From: an uncultured virus (IMG/VR IMGVR_UViG_3300007759_000001)
Taxonomy: Duplodnaviria; Heunggongvirae; Uroviricota; Caudoviricetes
Direction: 5' to 3' (one strand)
IMG/VR virus record: IMGVR_UViG_3300007759_000001
Length of the DNA: 64,000 nucleotides
The notes beneath the pieces were generated by a model. That model was not told where the DNA came from and did not search any database. It saw only the letters and a program-made list of their open reading frames with translations. This document shows positions 12,901 through 21,307 of this stretch, in pieces (within the stretch, counting starts at the first letter, position 1; each line of letters opens with the position of its first letter). A program made the position numbers and the translations under genes.

Positions 12901-15525
12901 ACTTGGACGACGCCTCCCGAAGTCAACCCTCGCCCCCTCCTCACGGTCACGACGACGGATGGCCTCCTCGTTCCGCTCCCCAAATTCAGTAAGTCTCTCC
13001 TGCATCCTCCGACGGCGTTCATCACGACGCTGCGTCCTGCGTTCACGACGCGGAGAACGCCGATCAAGTTCTTCTCGTTCAGCACGCTGCCTACCGCGCA
13101 TATCCCGCCGTGACCTATCGAACTCGTCACGGTCGCGTCGTTGACTAGTCAGTTCCCTAGCCCGTTCAGTATGTCTCCCTGCGGCAGCCTCATCTCGCTC
13201 AGCGCCACGCTCCATTCGCGCTGTCCGACGCTCACGGACACCAGCCCCCCTCTGTCTAATCCTTGCAAGTGCCCGCTGCCTGCGTGCCTTTCGTGCCTGA
13301 CGCCGCAATTCGACCTCAGTGAAGTCGGCTGTAGCATCCAACTCCTGATCCCTGCGACGAATGCCCTGTTCGCGTCGTCCACCAAAACGTTCAGACGCTC
13401 CCGCCAAACGACGCTTCAGAGGATCAAAGCGGGAAGTCCGAAGCGGAGAACGCTGGTTTTCACCCGGCTTGTAATCAACATTCTTGCCATTTCCATCAAC
13501 AAGTTGAACAGAACCAGCCAGTTTCCTAGCGCCAGCCTTCAAACCACGGAAAATAGTTCCCGACGGTCGCTCCCAGATAGTTCCTTCCTGAACCAGACCA
13601 TCACCATCAGCATCCCGTGCCCGTGGGTTGTAAGGAACAACCTTGGGAATCCGGCGGGCAAAGCGAGACAGACGCACGCCACGCATCCGACGGCGACCAA
13701 ACACCTTGACTGCCATATCTTCATCAAGTTGGGCTAATACAAACCGGGCTGCCTTTAGATCAACTAGCGAATCTCTGCTCATACCATCGGTGTCGCTAAT
13801 CCGAAGGTCTGCCAAACTCGGCTTTCCGAACTGATCGGAAAGATCCGGCCTCAACGCCAGATTCTTTTTCTCCACAGAAAACACTGCATACTGCTCACGG
13901 TTGAACCGTTGCTCACGCAGAGTTTTAGTTCCAGATTCTTTTGCAATGTTGTAAGGCTTGACGCCCGCCAGACGACGAGGAGCGCGAGGTGACAGAAACA
14001 TGTGATGAATCCATCTTGAAACCACACGCTTCTGACCATCACTAGAAGTAACGACAACGCGCTCGTTCGGCTTTTTGACACCGTCAAACTTTGGTTTGAT
14101 TTCCACAAACTCTGGAAATTCTTGAACGAACTTTTCAACATGGGCAAACGGATTGATGATGATGTCGGGATCCCTAGAAATAGACGCCCAGCGGGTACGC
14201 ATCTTTGCTCCAACCCCAACCGGAATGTCCGTCTTGCGTTCCACCCGGACAGAACCCTGACCGAACGCATACTCAATAGCCTCAACACCCTTGCTCAATA
14301 GGCGTATCTCGTCTCCTGCGATTGCACCCTTCCCGATCTTTGAAGTCACATACACGGCACCCTTGATCGCGTCATGATCCTTCATCTTCACTAGTTCTTC
14401 TGGAGTCAGCGTGGGTTCATACACCACACCGTCACGCCGAACCAAACGAGTGGTTCCAACATTCTTGCCAACAAAATCAACAACATCATTTACAACAGAC
14501 TCGCGGCGGGCAGGGCTACCTGCACGATTAGGACGAATCGCCGCTTCGCGTACAACGGCGAAAGGATCGCCCTTAGGCTTCTTGACAACCACATCACGAA
14601 CCACATCTGGAACGTCCTCTGCCGTAATGCTTTCAAAACGACGAGTCATCTTGGAAACATCACCTGATGTGACCGCTCCCGGCCCCTTTGCCGGAACGTC
14701 AAACACCAAACCACCACAGTTGCTCAACTTGGGATCAGTGAACCTGCCACCGTTGATGTACCCCGTGGGACAACGCAGCGCCCCACCGCCAATAGACGGC
14801 CTAGCGCCACCACCACCAATGCCACCACTCGGTCCAATACCTCCACCGCCGGGGAACAAAGCCCCCCACAGGGCGGAGCGGATCGGACTGCGATATTTGC
14901 TCATATCGCCCGGTGTAAAATAAGAAGCGATACTTGAAAGCGTCCGCCCAAGGCGACCGTGACCACGGCCCTTTACCTCAATTGGTTGTTTAGTCCAGTC
15001 GAACGAACCCGGCATTGGAACCGATTGCAGACCCTGCACAAACCGTGCCGCCTTATAGGCGACAGCATTTTGATCCCCATCAATAGGACGAGTCGTGATA
15101 CCTCCGTCCATGCGGGCCACTCGGCGGTACACCCTCCAACTTGCTATCTCCACCCCGTCTTCGCTTTTGCCACGACGGCGACGACGCTTGCCGGGGATAG
15201 CGCGACGGGCCACCCGGCCTGCTGCCCGCGCCGCCCCACCACCACCGTGATGGTTGCCTTCATTCGGCCACTTGCCAGTTGTTTCATGGTGCAACCACGC
15301 GCACAACGGTTGGAGCGGATACAACTCTGGATGATTCGCAAGAATGACAATGCACCGCCGAAAACCACCCGGCTTCCGCATAATCGGTCGCCAGAATTTG
15401 AGCAGGTGTTCCAACCCACCTCTACGCGGTCCATGACCACGCAAAATATCGCCGGTAATTCTCTCCTGCGGGATTACGTCGATTAAGTCCTGCGGCCCTT
15501 TGACCTCAAGAGGCTTATCACTCAT
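6985..15525 (-). CDS. Giant multidomain probable virion protein (2846 aa): Arg-rich repeats, SH3/KOW-like segment, GNAT-like domain, C-terminal PI3/4-kinase/HipA-like domain
   Basis: Motifs VRGKGFAT...A..G..W...GF (GNAT-like); FIIKS...NEIIG...GLGDRHGGNLLV...IDF (atypical kinase); ARADF and RGMPS repeats. Confidence 0.8.
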   Translation of the reverse strand: MSDKPLEVKGPQDLIDVIPQERITGDILRGHGPRRGGLEHLLKFWRPIMRKPGGFRRCIVILANHPELYPLQPLCAWLHHETTGKWPNEGNHHGGGGAARAAGRVARRAIPGKRRRRRGKSEDGVEIASWRVYRRVARMDGGITTRPIDGDQNAVAYKAARFVQGLQSVPMPGSFDWTKQPIEVKGRGHGRLGRTLSSIASYFTPGDMSKYRSPIRSALWGALFPGGGGIGPSGGIGGGGARPSIGGGALRCPTGYINGGRFTDPKLSNCGGLVFDVPAKGPGAVTSGDVSKMTRRFESITAEDVPDVVRDVVVKKPKGDPFAVVREAAIRPNRAGSPARRESVVNDVVDFVGKNVGTTRLVRRDGVVYEPTLTPEELVKMKDHDAIKGAVYVTSKIGKGAIAGDEIRLLSKGVEAIEYAFGQGSVRVERKTDIPVGVGAKMRTRWASISRDPDIIINPFAHVEKFVQEFPEFVEIKPKFDGVKKPNERVVVTSSDGQKRVVSRWIHHMFLSPRAPRRLAGVKPYNIAKESGTKTLREQRFNREQYAVFSVEKKNLALRPDLSDQFGKPSLADLRISDTDGMSRDSLVDLKAARFVLAQLDEDMAVKVFGRRRMRGVRLSRFARRIPKVVPYNPRARDADGDGLVQEGTIWERPSGTIFRGLKAGARKLAGSVQLVDGNGKNVDYKPGENQRSPLRTSRFDPLKRRLAGASERFGGRREQGIRRRDQELDATADFTEVELRRQARKARRQRALARIRQRGAGVRERRTARMERGAERDEAAAGRHTERARELTSQRRDRDEFDRSRRDMRGRQRAEREELDRRSPRRERRTQRRDERRRRMQERLTEFGERNEEAIRRRDREEGARVDFGRRRPSIAERAAAAAERFRERREEGIRAEDRRRGARADFGKLDRERESRRRDRRGPTRRSERTPGEQRGRAAGAADRLRERNEEAIRRRDREQGARADFGILEREREARRQRRAERGAQRGRGLAEATERFRERNEEAIRRRDRREGARADFQILERERKARADARVKRELDRQAVRDQRRERIRRRVETFGERQEAAIRLRDREEGARADFTEIELRREMRRQRVRDFARRVREINADRTPETREVGRKAARARNDRSAGVSRRFDEIRVRQESLRGMPSSDRYYEPDDDPEFQRDFERTLERFYVDMQDYTLVDLGDALSNAGNRQLEEAFDWEDPEVDARLETPIRDFPEDWKATIRGIVENSFYDDPEALMGQRRSRRNMFGQTLQSLGSDKEPVISWTARIEEIDALITELNDVFFDKYWDLDADGYNITSGVYMDSRFGDRISQGGGNAVGRKYDELIAEREALFDKRWMLTDEEEARIYEISGEIEALYAETDWMGVSDVHRERFEAIRARLDELDRPIVLDRGMIQGMPSVNEMVRSEEIFERAKERRERLRDIRRRVKAGEEVDPAEIFNEPVRGVPVVNEWQESLEDRISGISAQERVKARRERLEAIRERRIAEAKARDADFDPDDIDPDEWHDEGSPAGGIFDLDQQIRGMPSVEEMVRAEEMHERAMARRERLRDIRKRKEAEAREVRDAGVSPALVGQPIQNLVPTPNDSDLPGEDVLIRYRQGDEVKIGNRWGTVVRSDPGGGGRGPFYVVQFEDGHSESFPMYRVTGDSDLRRKRRAEGVERHFYPDGAIPVEDFTSQGLIDEMAMIKERWDGADVIPVEDMIRFDNLQIAWHEKNPGKDLGSVRNSRGYPVDVESVEYGDGTRADFGSSGVGGDLNSQMVRGMPSVERILSAPPDRFDPEIDIDPDTYHDDPLRPGRDERIVRSLSAAVDKWLGEDYFDAFEDHELEKAMSDAILLIRAKNGGDLKFADFIEPSANWPEGFLHAELGAEEMFTREGIEKGLLAGVYDGDIPEGVLLELQNDHGWNRDPVERVSAIVEAMLFHREDMDNPEVFQENLTAMLDNLSVWDGMMNRYELNKLNNRDRDREPWHGRQRKILVKLTQRFLSDRKSENERRRKALTAPLEDASMERRFDPVPGEGEVDVPEDEQTFLQKIVDRIWNKRLKVVKKEYERRGKPPETMPRSFEELGINVDEILARGSTTPEEDEIIKKWVISAFSLGDANQFAGTDSFMWRLRNQWGNDDDDIPNITIQQTGGQITASFNASIEFKAPRDIEDRNGQTVKGGEWVASGNTDRVITINRSRGGNPPKIHVKNSEMFVDTYSTYGVRGKGFATFYNSNTWIHVNQLGGPDSYIGVTAADDGKVVWGIQGFNDPTVVKTAMSNILKELIAYETDRKPGLIRNDQMHEDLKRLYNIHSANENDSPVTLQMIHHVLRGGGKHPWEDIAHTDDRPSGISTDVLSRDKDIDAIEKDLSKKINKDDPLEAGMLKNAYGNWWASNGLFGGGDLGVGSDDPIGKIMAEAADEIRGGPPDADVDTPDSPRRRDRAAERRARGRGEEGPAEVPLYRGLRRGRSNLTIGTSDELGRSGLVSTSMEDSDIKTPAAAAEHIRNGGNISDVPRELILEAALKNSSGDEKDESKLFRLVTVDEDGNPGANVSGGTFGTSYVFLKRDPDGRSDSEPGTEQGFIIKSPDYAFETPGSDGGGIANVSQYNEIIGRQISQLLGDPTGGVMVDGEDPRGNPYIVMEFNNVTADIGLEIPLAHMSFEERNEPEMLKSRLRALLIGYSMGLGDRHGGNLLVGQSEYTGGTNQTGVTNIDFQRAWGATTDLRGYIDGHMAEGSGFPGFGLLSELRQAVREGKLSESELGGVVQEVHDQMRNIKDVHLERIFGDLPEVHALGGRDMSTMGAARRGPDDVETHATNVSNHLEMTLATLSGGEMLVMELLENDEDEEPWYGEGQRTF

Positions 15526-15543
15526 AGCACTCCCTAAGGTGAT

Positions 15544-15762
15544 TTACTTGTTCGATTTGCCCTTTTTCTTGGGGGTCTTCCCGTCCTTATACGCTTCATT
15601 CACATCAGGGGTGCTTTCGTCATCTTTAACGAAATGGCCCTTCGCTGTCCGCGCCCGTTCGCCCGTGGCCGCAGCCTCAGGAGCGGGAGCAGGAGCCTCT
15701 GGCTCTTCTCCCACATGCACAACCCGTCCCAAGTTGGGATCAAAATAACTTTTCTTGTCCAT
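15544..15762 (-). CDS. Small phage protein with RAR..KG.F..DD.STPDVNEAY motif
   Basis: Intact ORF in operon; motif familiar from environmental phage head operons. Confidence 0.7.
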   Translation of the reverse strand: MDKKSYFDPNLGRVVHVGEEPEAPAPAPEAAATGERARTAKGHFVKDDESTPDVNEAYKDGKTPKKKGKSNK

Positions 15763-15771
15763 GACATTTAC

Positions 15772-17415
15772 CTATTCTGTTGTCGATTCGTCAGAGTCAA
15801 TTTCCAACATCTGAAGTTCCATCAAGGAAGCCATGAACTCATCTGTTTCTGCTTGCTTCGTTTCGACCCATTCAGAAGGAATGATGTCTGTTCGTTCCAA
15901 TTCTTCTGCACGACGCTCAATATGAGACTTCGCCTCAACGTGCCTGTAGGCAGCCTTGACTGCAAGTTCAAGATCGTTGGCATCCACAATCGGGAAAGAT
16001 CCATCTTCTAGCGCAGCGCCTTCCTCTACAAGACCCTGCAACGCCTCGCCTTCATAATTGGACTTGAGAGCCAACTCGGCTTCCAAAGCATCCTTTTCCC
16101 GACGCAGTTCGGTGAGGTCGTCCTGCTCATCATCGGTAAGTTCGATCATGTCGGTTCCAAGAACCTTCCCATCAATCGACACATAAACGTCATATGACTT
16201 GCCGTCTACACCGTCAATCTCAACGACGTAAGCGTCTTCGCCGTGGAACAAGTCAACATCCACTCCGTATGACTTTCCATTGACATACTTGAGAGCCGTC
16301 ATTTCGGCTTCCTCAAATGAAACGATCAACGGGTTTGAAGCACCTTCGTCTTCAAGACTCTTTACGCTCAAGCCCTCGTCCAAGGCGATCCAACCCAATC
16401 GGGTTCCGTTGCCTGCGTAGTACGCCTCTTTGTAACCGTCTGCGGTCTTCAAATCCAGAACGAACATGTCGTCCTTAGGCGCATATCCGGAGTCAACAAC
16501 CTCGCCACCAAACTCGGCTTCGGCAGAAACCTCAATCTCCAGCAATCCGGGCAAACCCTTCTCACTGGCACACCCACCGCGGCAGAAGTTACACACATCA
16601 CCGCTTCGGATGGTCCGCTCAATGGCACACATGAAGTCAAAATTGCCTAGAGATTTGACGCCCATGCGCTCCAAACGCTTTTCCATACCATTGGTGTTTG
16701 CATCATCTTCTTTGCCAATCAGAACAGCCGTCGGGAGAGCAGGAACCATGTTCTTTTCGTCATCGTCCTCCTCTTCCTCAGCGTCCGGATCTTCGCCATT
16801 AGCCAATGCCATCAAGCGGGCCAGTCGGCCCTTACCCGGCTTGCCATAGCCCTTGAGATCGTCATCATCCTCTTCAGGAACAAACGGCGGACCGACAGCA
16901 CCAGCACCAACAGGCGTCATCGGAGAAGTGTTAGGCACTGCCTCCGTTGGTACAGCCTGCATGGGTGAGATCGGACGACGGCGCAATTCTGGACCCTCTT
17001 CTTCGTGGTCCGGAACATGCGCCTTGGGATACTCGTCATCTTCGTCAGGAACCTCAACGACATAAGCCTTCATGTCGTCAGTGATCTGTTCCGGATCCAT
17101 CTCAACAACGACAACCCGCTTTTTCGGACCCATCTCTTTGGCCTGTTCAACGCCACCCGGAGGCTTCAACAAGCCCTCGGCGTCATCCTCCTGATCGTCG
17201 TCATCGACCACGACCATGTCGTAAGGATGACCGGTGATGGTGGCAGCCTTGGTTCCATGCTCTTCACAATCCTCGTCGTCACAGTCCTCTTCGGGATGAT
17301 CACCCGACTTGGTTTCCGTCAAAGAGGCTGCTACCTCTTCTAGAGCAGATAGTTCGTCCTCAAGAGTCTTCTCTTCAGGCTCCACTGCTTCTGTTTCTTT
17401 ATCGTTTTTAGCCAT
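15772..17415 (-). CDS. Acidic head-associated/scaffold-like protein with PepSY-like domain
   Basis: SFEEAEMTALKYVNGK...YVVEIDGVDGKSYDVYVSIDGKVL resembles PepSY; lies directly after the prohead protease; GGAG RBS. Confidence 0.65.
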   Translation of the reverse strand: MAKNDKETEAVEPEEKTLEDELSALEEVAASLTETKSGDHPEEDCDDEDCEEHGTKAATITGHPYDMVVVDDDDQEDDAEGLLKPPGGVEQAKEMGPKKRVVVVEMDPEQITDDMKAYVVEVPDEDDEYPKAHVPDHEEEGPELRRRPISPMQAVPTEAVPNTSPMTPVGAGAVGPPFVPEEDDDDLKGYGKPGKGRLARLMALANGEDPDAEEEEDDDEKNMVPALPTAVLIGKEDDANTNGMEKRLERMGVKSLGNFDFMCAIERTIRSGDVCNFCRGGCASEKGLPGLLEIEVSAEAEFGGEVVDSGYAPKDDMFVLDLKTADGYKEAYYAGNGTRLGWIALDEGLSVKSLEDEGASNPLIVSFEEAEMTALKYVNGKSYGVDVDLFHGEDAYVVEIDGVDGKSYDVYVSIDGKVLGTDMIELTDDEQDDLTELRREKDALEAELALKSNYEGEALQGLVEEGAALEDGSFPIVDANDLELAVKAAYRHVEAKSHIERRAEELERTDIIPSEWVETKQAETDEFMASLMELQMLEIDSDESTTE

Positions 17416-17424
17416 TTTGGACTC

Positions 17425-18771
17425 CTATTGGGAAGGCTCGTTAACTAACCAGTCGATATGTAGCAAAGCCTTACCCATGATTCGGGCAACGCTCTTTTTT
17501 TCATTTTCGCCTTCAGGCATCAAGACCTCTACGGTCTTGTAACCCAAGGCAACAGATTCTGGGGTTGGACATTGAACTGGAACCCCAACTTTCACCAATG
17601 CCTCTACGACATCAGCAATCTCTTCTTCCGTAGCGCACTCAAACGGAATGGACTCCTCGTAATTTGAATAGGTGCCCGGAATCAAAACCTTTTGTTCAAC
17701 AGGTTCTTTCCGCTCCAACGGACCCTCAGATGGCATTACCTCGTTACAAACACTCTGAAGAATTTCAATAGCGTTAGAGATTTTTTGAATGTTCCTAGAA
17801 GAAATCTTGCGACCAGCCTTGACCTCAACATCTTCCTCTAAGGACTTTTCTTCGTGGGTGCAGCCGCACGATCCGTCTACCTTTTCGCAGCCACATGCCG
17901 TTTCCTCCTTTTCGCAGCCACATGCCGTTTCCTCCAGCACGCGAACGAAAGTTTCCAAAACCGCAGCCTTGGGCTGAGCGAACAGAAACTCGGAACTGTC
18001 CTTGTTGTAGTGGTAACTCACAACCCACGCTTCGTCACCCTTAGTGACGGCAGCCTGCTCCGCGTCAAAGTCCCACAACTTGACATCTTCGTCATCGAAG
18101 GATCCCTTAACCGCCGTCTCAAGCAATGACGCAAATACGGTTACCTCTTCATCGACTTCATCGACCTTTTCTTCAACCTCATCCGCTGCCAAATTCTTGA
18201 CGGTACACAACTCCCCCTCTGTGCCACACTCGGACGCCTCGTTGTCCTTCACGGACAGCGTGCCGGTCAACTGGTTTGCTCCATGGAGGACGGGCGAAAC
18301 CTCGTACAGTTCCACCTCTTTCAGAACGTTTGCCTGATGAGTGGAGTCATAATCGGCATCAATTGTCTTGTAGCCGATGCTCCACTCCTGCTCATCGCCA
18401 AAAAAGGCAACATTGGCAAAGGCTTCCTTGCCACGCTGGGAGTTCAAATTGAACTGAACCCGTGCATACAGGCCACCTACTCCAGCATCGAACATCTTCT
18501 TCGGAAGCCGACTGTCCTTGGGCTTGACCTCTTCAATCGTCAACACTTTGCCGATTGGCTCATTCCAGTTATGTCCCCAAACCACACGCGGCTTGCGACG
18601 TTTCAATGAGCCACTGAACGCCCCCGGAATAATGATGTCGCCCACGGAATCCTTGTTCCCAATCGCGGCGACAAAACATTCAACAATGCCCTGTGCTTTG
18701 TCAATATTGACCTGACCAGCACGGGTTTTAAACTGAATATCTGTATCTTCTATAACAGTCAATGTAGGCAT
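17425..18771 (-). CDS. HK97-family prohead (maturation) protease with acidic C-terminal extension
   Basis: GNKDSVGDIIIPGAF...WGHNWNEPIGK...WSIGY...LKEVELYEVSPV. Confidence 0.93.
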   Translation of the reverse strand: MPTLTVIEDTDIQFKTRAGQVNIDKAQGIVECFVAAIGNKDSVGDIIIPGAFSGSLKRRKPRVVWGHNWNEPIGKVLTIEEVKPKDSRLPKKMFDAGVGGLYARVQFNLNSQRGKEAFANVAFFGDEQEWSIGYKTIDADYDSTHQANVLKEVELYEVSPVLHGANQLTGTLSVKDNEASECGTEGELCTVKNLAADEVEEKVDEVDEEVTVFASLLETAVKGSFDDEDVKLWDFDAEQAAVTKGDEAWVVSYHYNKDSSEFLFAQPKAAVLETFVRVLEETACGCEKEETACGCEKVDGSCGCTHEEKSLEEDVEVKAGRKISSRNIQKISNAIEILQSVCNEVMPSEGPLERKEPVEQKVLIPGTYSNYEESIPFECATEEEIADVVEALVKVGVPVQCPTPESVALGYKTVEVLMPEGENEKKSVARIMGKALLHIDWLVNEPSQ

Positions 18772-18860
18772 GGTGACTCCAGATAGATGAACTGTCCGGA
18801 GTATACAACCACACCATAATCTGAAATGGCAAGTTTACTAAAAGTAGTTTACTAAAACCC

Positions 18861-21086
18861 TTAATCCCCGAATTTTAACAAGCACCGACAATTGATTGTC
18901 AGGGACGGCGGAGCCAAAGGATCACCGGGGAACCTCAAAGTCACACCCTTTTTAAAACTATCCCCAATAGGAATGGTCTGACTTTCAATCACCGCATGAC
19001 CAGTACGAACTTTGTCATCCTTGCGAGTCAACCAAGTCTTAGTAGCAGCCCCAGCACGGCGACCACCAAAATACAGACCAGCATTATACGCGCCGTTACT
19101 CTCAACCTCCGCAATCCGCTTCAAGCGTTTCGTCTGCAACGCAACAAATACTGCCGCCACAGAAGTCGCCAACAAAGCAACTTTTGCCGAAATCGGAGCC
19201 GAATCGTCATCGTCACCCAAAAGCATCATTGCCAACAAAATTGCTGCTGCAAGTTCCTTCTTTGTGGTTTCATTTGCTTTTTCGGTTCGCACCAACTGAG
19301 ATTCAATATACTTTTGAATCTCTTCCTCTGAAGGATCCACCTTTTCATCAGATTCCTTCATCGCTGTAGCCGTTGCTTCCAGCATCGCCCCTTCAATAAC
19401 CGGAGCCATGTCTTCCCGCAATTGCTTGTTCCAAGTATCAGCATCCCATATAGCGTCAACAGTGAGATCGCCACTGCCCAATAAGCGCTTGGCCTTGGCT
19501 CCGGAAATCTTCTCAGTGATTACTCGCTCTTGACGCTGAAAATAGCGTTCCAACGACCGGGCGAAAATGGCTTCCCAACGATCCACATCCTGTGCGGCTT
19601 TGTTTTCCCACTCGCCACCCAATTCAAAATGCTTAACTTCGATTCCTTCCGGTGTTCCCTCTTTCGGCATCGGGAACTCGCCAATAGGTAGTTCCGGTTC
19701 AGGAACACCCTCCGTGGGTGCGGGAATCGGGGGAGCGGCACCCGGCGGAGGAGCCTCGCCCGGAGGAGCCTCACCTTCAGGTGGCGGCATACCCTCAGCG
19801 CCCGGAGGCATCGGTCCGCCCGGACCTTGCGCTCCGCCCATCGCCTCTTCCTTGGTCATCGGCTCTTCGGTGTTTCCAATCGGAGCCAAGTTCGGGTTCG
19901 CCAACATCGAATCCGCCAGATAGGAATCGACCTTTTCTTTTCCAGTTTTATCCCGATACTCATTAGCGGTGATCAAACCCTGCTGATGCTCCGTCAAATA
20001 GAACCGATCACGTTCCTGCTTACCCATAGTCAAAATGGGCACCGTAGAAGTGTCAAACGTTACATAGTAGTTGTCATCCAAAACATCTAGTCCTCTAGAC
20101 AACAGTTCCAGATGTGGGTCCATTGTCTCCGACCAGAACACACGCCCCTCTTCGGAGGCGTTGGCAAACGTCCTACCGGACGCGTTGCCGATTACGGATT
20201 CGGGGACTCCGAAGGAGGCGAGGATTTCTTCCTTCGTAATCTGTCTAAGAGCCTCATACGCCGCGTCACGCGGGGAGGCACCAGTATCGACAAAGTCCGC
20301 GCCGTCATCAGATGCAATAACTCCGATACCACCTGCTCTTGAGAGGCTTCCTCGGAATCGGGCTTGGAGTTCCTGTTTGTCGTCATCATCAATCTGCCCT
20401 CGCAAGACGAGCAGCCCACCGGGCCGACCGTCATTCAAAAGAAAGTTTCTATTATACAACTTTGCTAGTGTTTCAGTTTCTATCGCAATACCCGATGATT
20501 CCATTGGGGTCATAGACAGATACGGATCCAATGGATGTGGGCGACGGATCCAAATAACATTCTTCGGATTCAGATTTTGTTTCTTGCCGTTCGGCAACTC
20601 AACCTCAAACGCCGATACAAACTTCTTTTCGTGGGGGATCGGAGCCGTGTTCTGAGGAGGAAGCAAATGTAACGCCACCGGGTCACCGCCGCGGCCACGA
20701 ACGATCTCAATAAACGCTCCACGGGTACTCATCAACAACTGAGCAGAAAGCCGATACCGAAAAGCGAAAGAGTTCTCGCCATCATTAGATTGCTGGTTCA
20801 GAATTTTCGTAACGCTCGCATTTTCATCTTCACGTTCCACCCGCTCCCCAAACGGAGAGTTGTCCCGAAGAAACATGATAGGCAATCGCGCCTGATTACT
20901 AGCGATAGCATCAATAGCACGATAGACCCAAGTGACTTTCGCTACTCCTTCGCGATAGGCTCTCTCAATGTCCCAACCGTCGGTGTAAGGTTTGCCTACA
21001 AGACCGGCGTTATAGGCAACCGGCGCTCCGATAGAAACAGCCTTTTTACCGTCAGGTTGGATTGCCTTATTGTTATTCCAAGCCAT
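18861..21086 (-). CDS. HK97-type portal protein fused to C-terminal MuF/gp7-like head morphogenesis domain
   Basis: WVYRAIDAIA...NDGRPGGLL...EEILASFGVP portal motifs; Pro-rich linker; KTWLTRKDDKVRTGH...FPGDP...INCRC MuF motif. Confidence 0.92.
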   Translation of the reverse strand: MAWNNNKAIQPDGKKAVSIGAPVAYNAGLVGKPYTDGWDIERAYREGVAKVTWVYRAIDAIASNQARLPIMFLRDNSPFGERVEREDENASVTKILNQQSNDGENSFAFRYRLSAQLLMSTRGAFIEIVRGRGGDPVALHLLPPQNTAPIPHEKKFVSAFEVELPNGKKQNLNPKNVIWIRRPHPLDPYLSMTPMESSGIAIETETLAKLYNRNFLLNDGRPGGLLVLRGQIDDDDKQELQARFRGSLSRAGGIGVIASDDGADFVDTGASPRDAAYEALRQITKEEILASFGVPESVIGNASGRTFANASEEGRVFWSETMDPHLELLSRGLDVLDDNYYVTFDTSTVPILTMGKQERDRFYLTEHQQGLITANEYRDKTGKEKVDSYLADSMLANPNLAPIGNTEEPMTKEEAMGGAQGPGGPMPPGAEGMPPPEGEAPPGEAPPPGAAPPIPAPTEGVPEPELPIGEFPMPKEGTPEGIEVKHFELGGEWENKAAQDVDRWEAIFARSLERYFQRQERVITEKISGAKAKRLLGSGDLTVDAIWDADTWNKQLREDMAPVIEGAMLEATATAMKESDEKVDPSEEEIQKYIESQLVRTEKANETTKKELAAAILLAMMLLGDDDDSAPISAKVALLATSVAAVFVALQTKRLKRIAEVESNGAYNAGLYFGGRRAGAATKTWLTRKDDKVRTGHAVIESQTIPIGDSFKKGVTLRFPGDPLAPPSLTINCRCLLKFGD

Positions 21087-21088
21087 AT

Positions 21089-21256
21089 TTATTCAGCACC
21101 TAACAGATAGCCGTATATGCCTAGCCCAAGTCCCCATGCCGTAATCCCCCAGCCGATGTGAAATTGACCCAGTCCTAAACCCAATAGTATTACAGACAAC
21201 ACCATGAACAGATGAGCAATATTAGAACGTCCCAAAGAAGCGATAATCTTTCTCAC
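21089..21256 (-). CDS. Small two-TM membrane protein upstream of the portal (55 aa)
   Basis: Read manually: MRKIIASLGRSNIAHLFMVLSVILLGLGLGQFHIGWGITAWGLGLGIYGYLLGAE; stop 2 nt before portal ATG. Confidence 0.7.
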   Translation of the reverse strand: MRKIIASLGRSNIAHLFMVLSVILLGLGLGQFHIGWGITAWGLGLGIYGYLLGAE

Positions 21257-21307
21257 ATTTATATCCTGTCACGTTCAGACAAAGGTTTCAAGGTATCATA
21301 ACCCATC

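Noticed and set aside
11989..13737. Long plus-strand and alternate-frame ORFs inside the 2846-aa gene
   Set aside because: Shadows of the Arg-rich repeats on the coding strand
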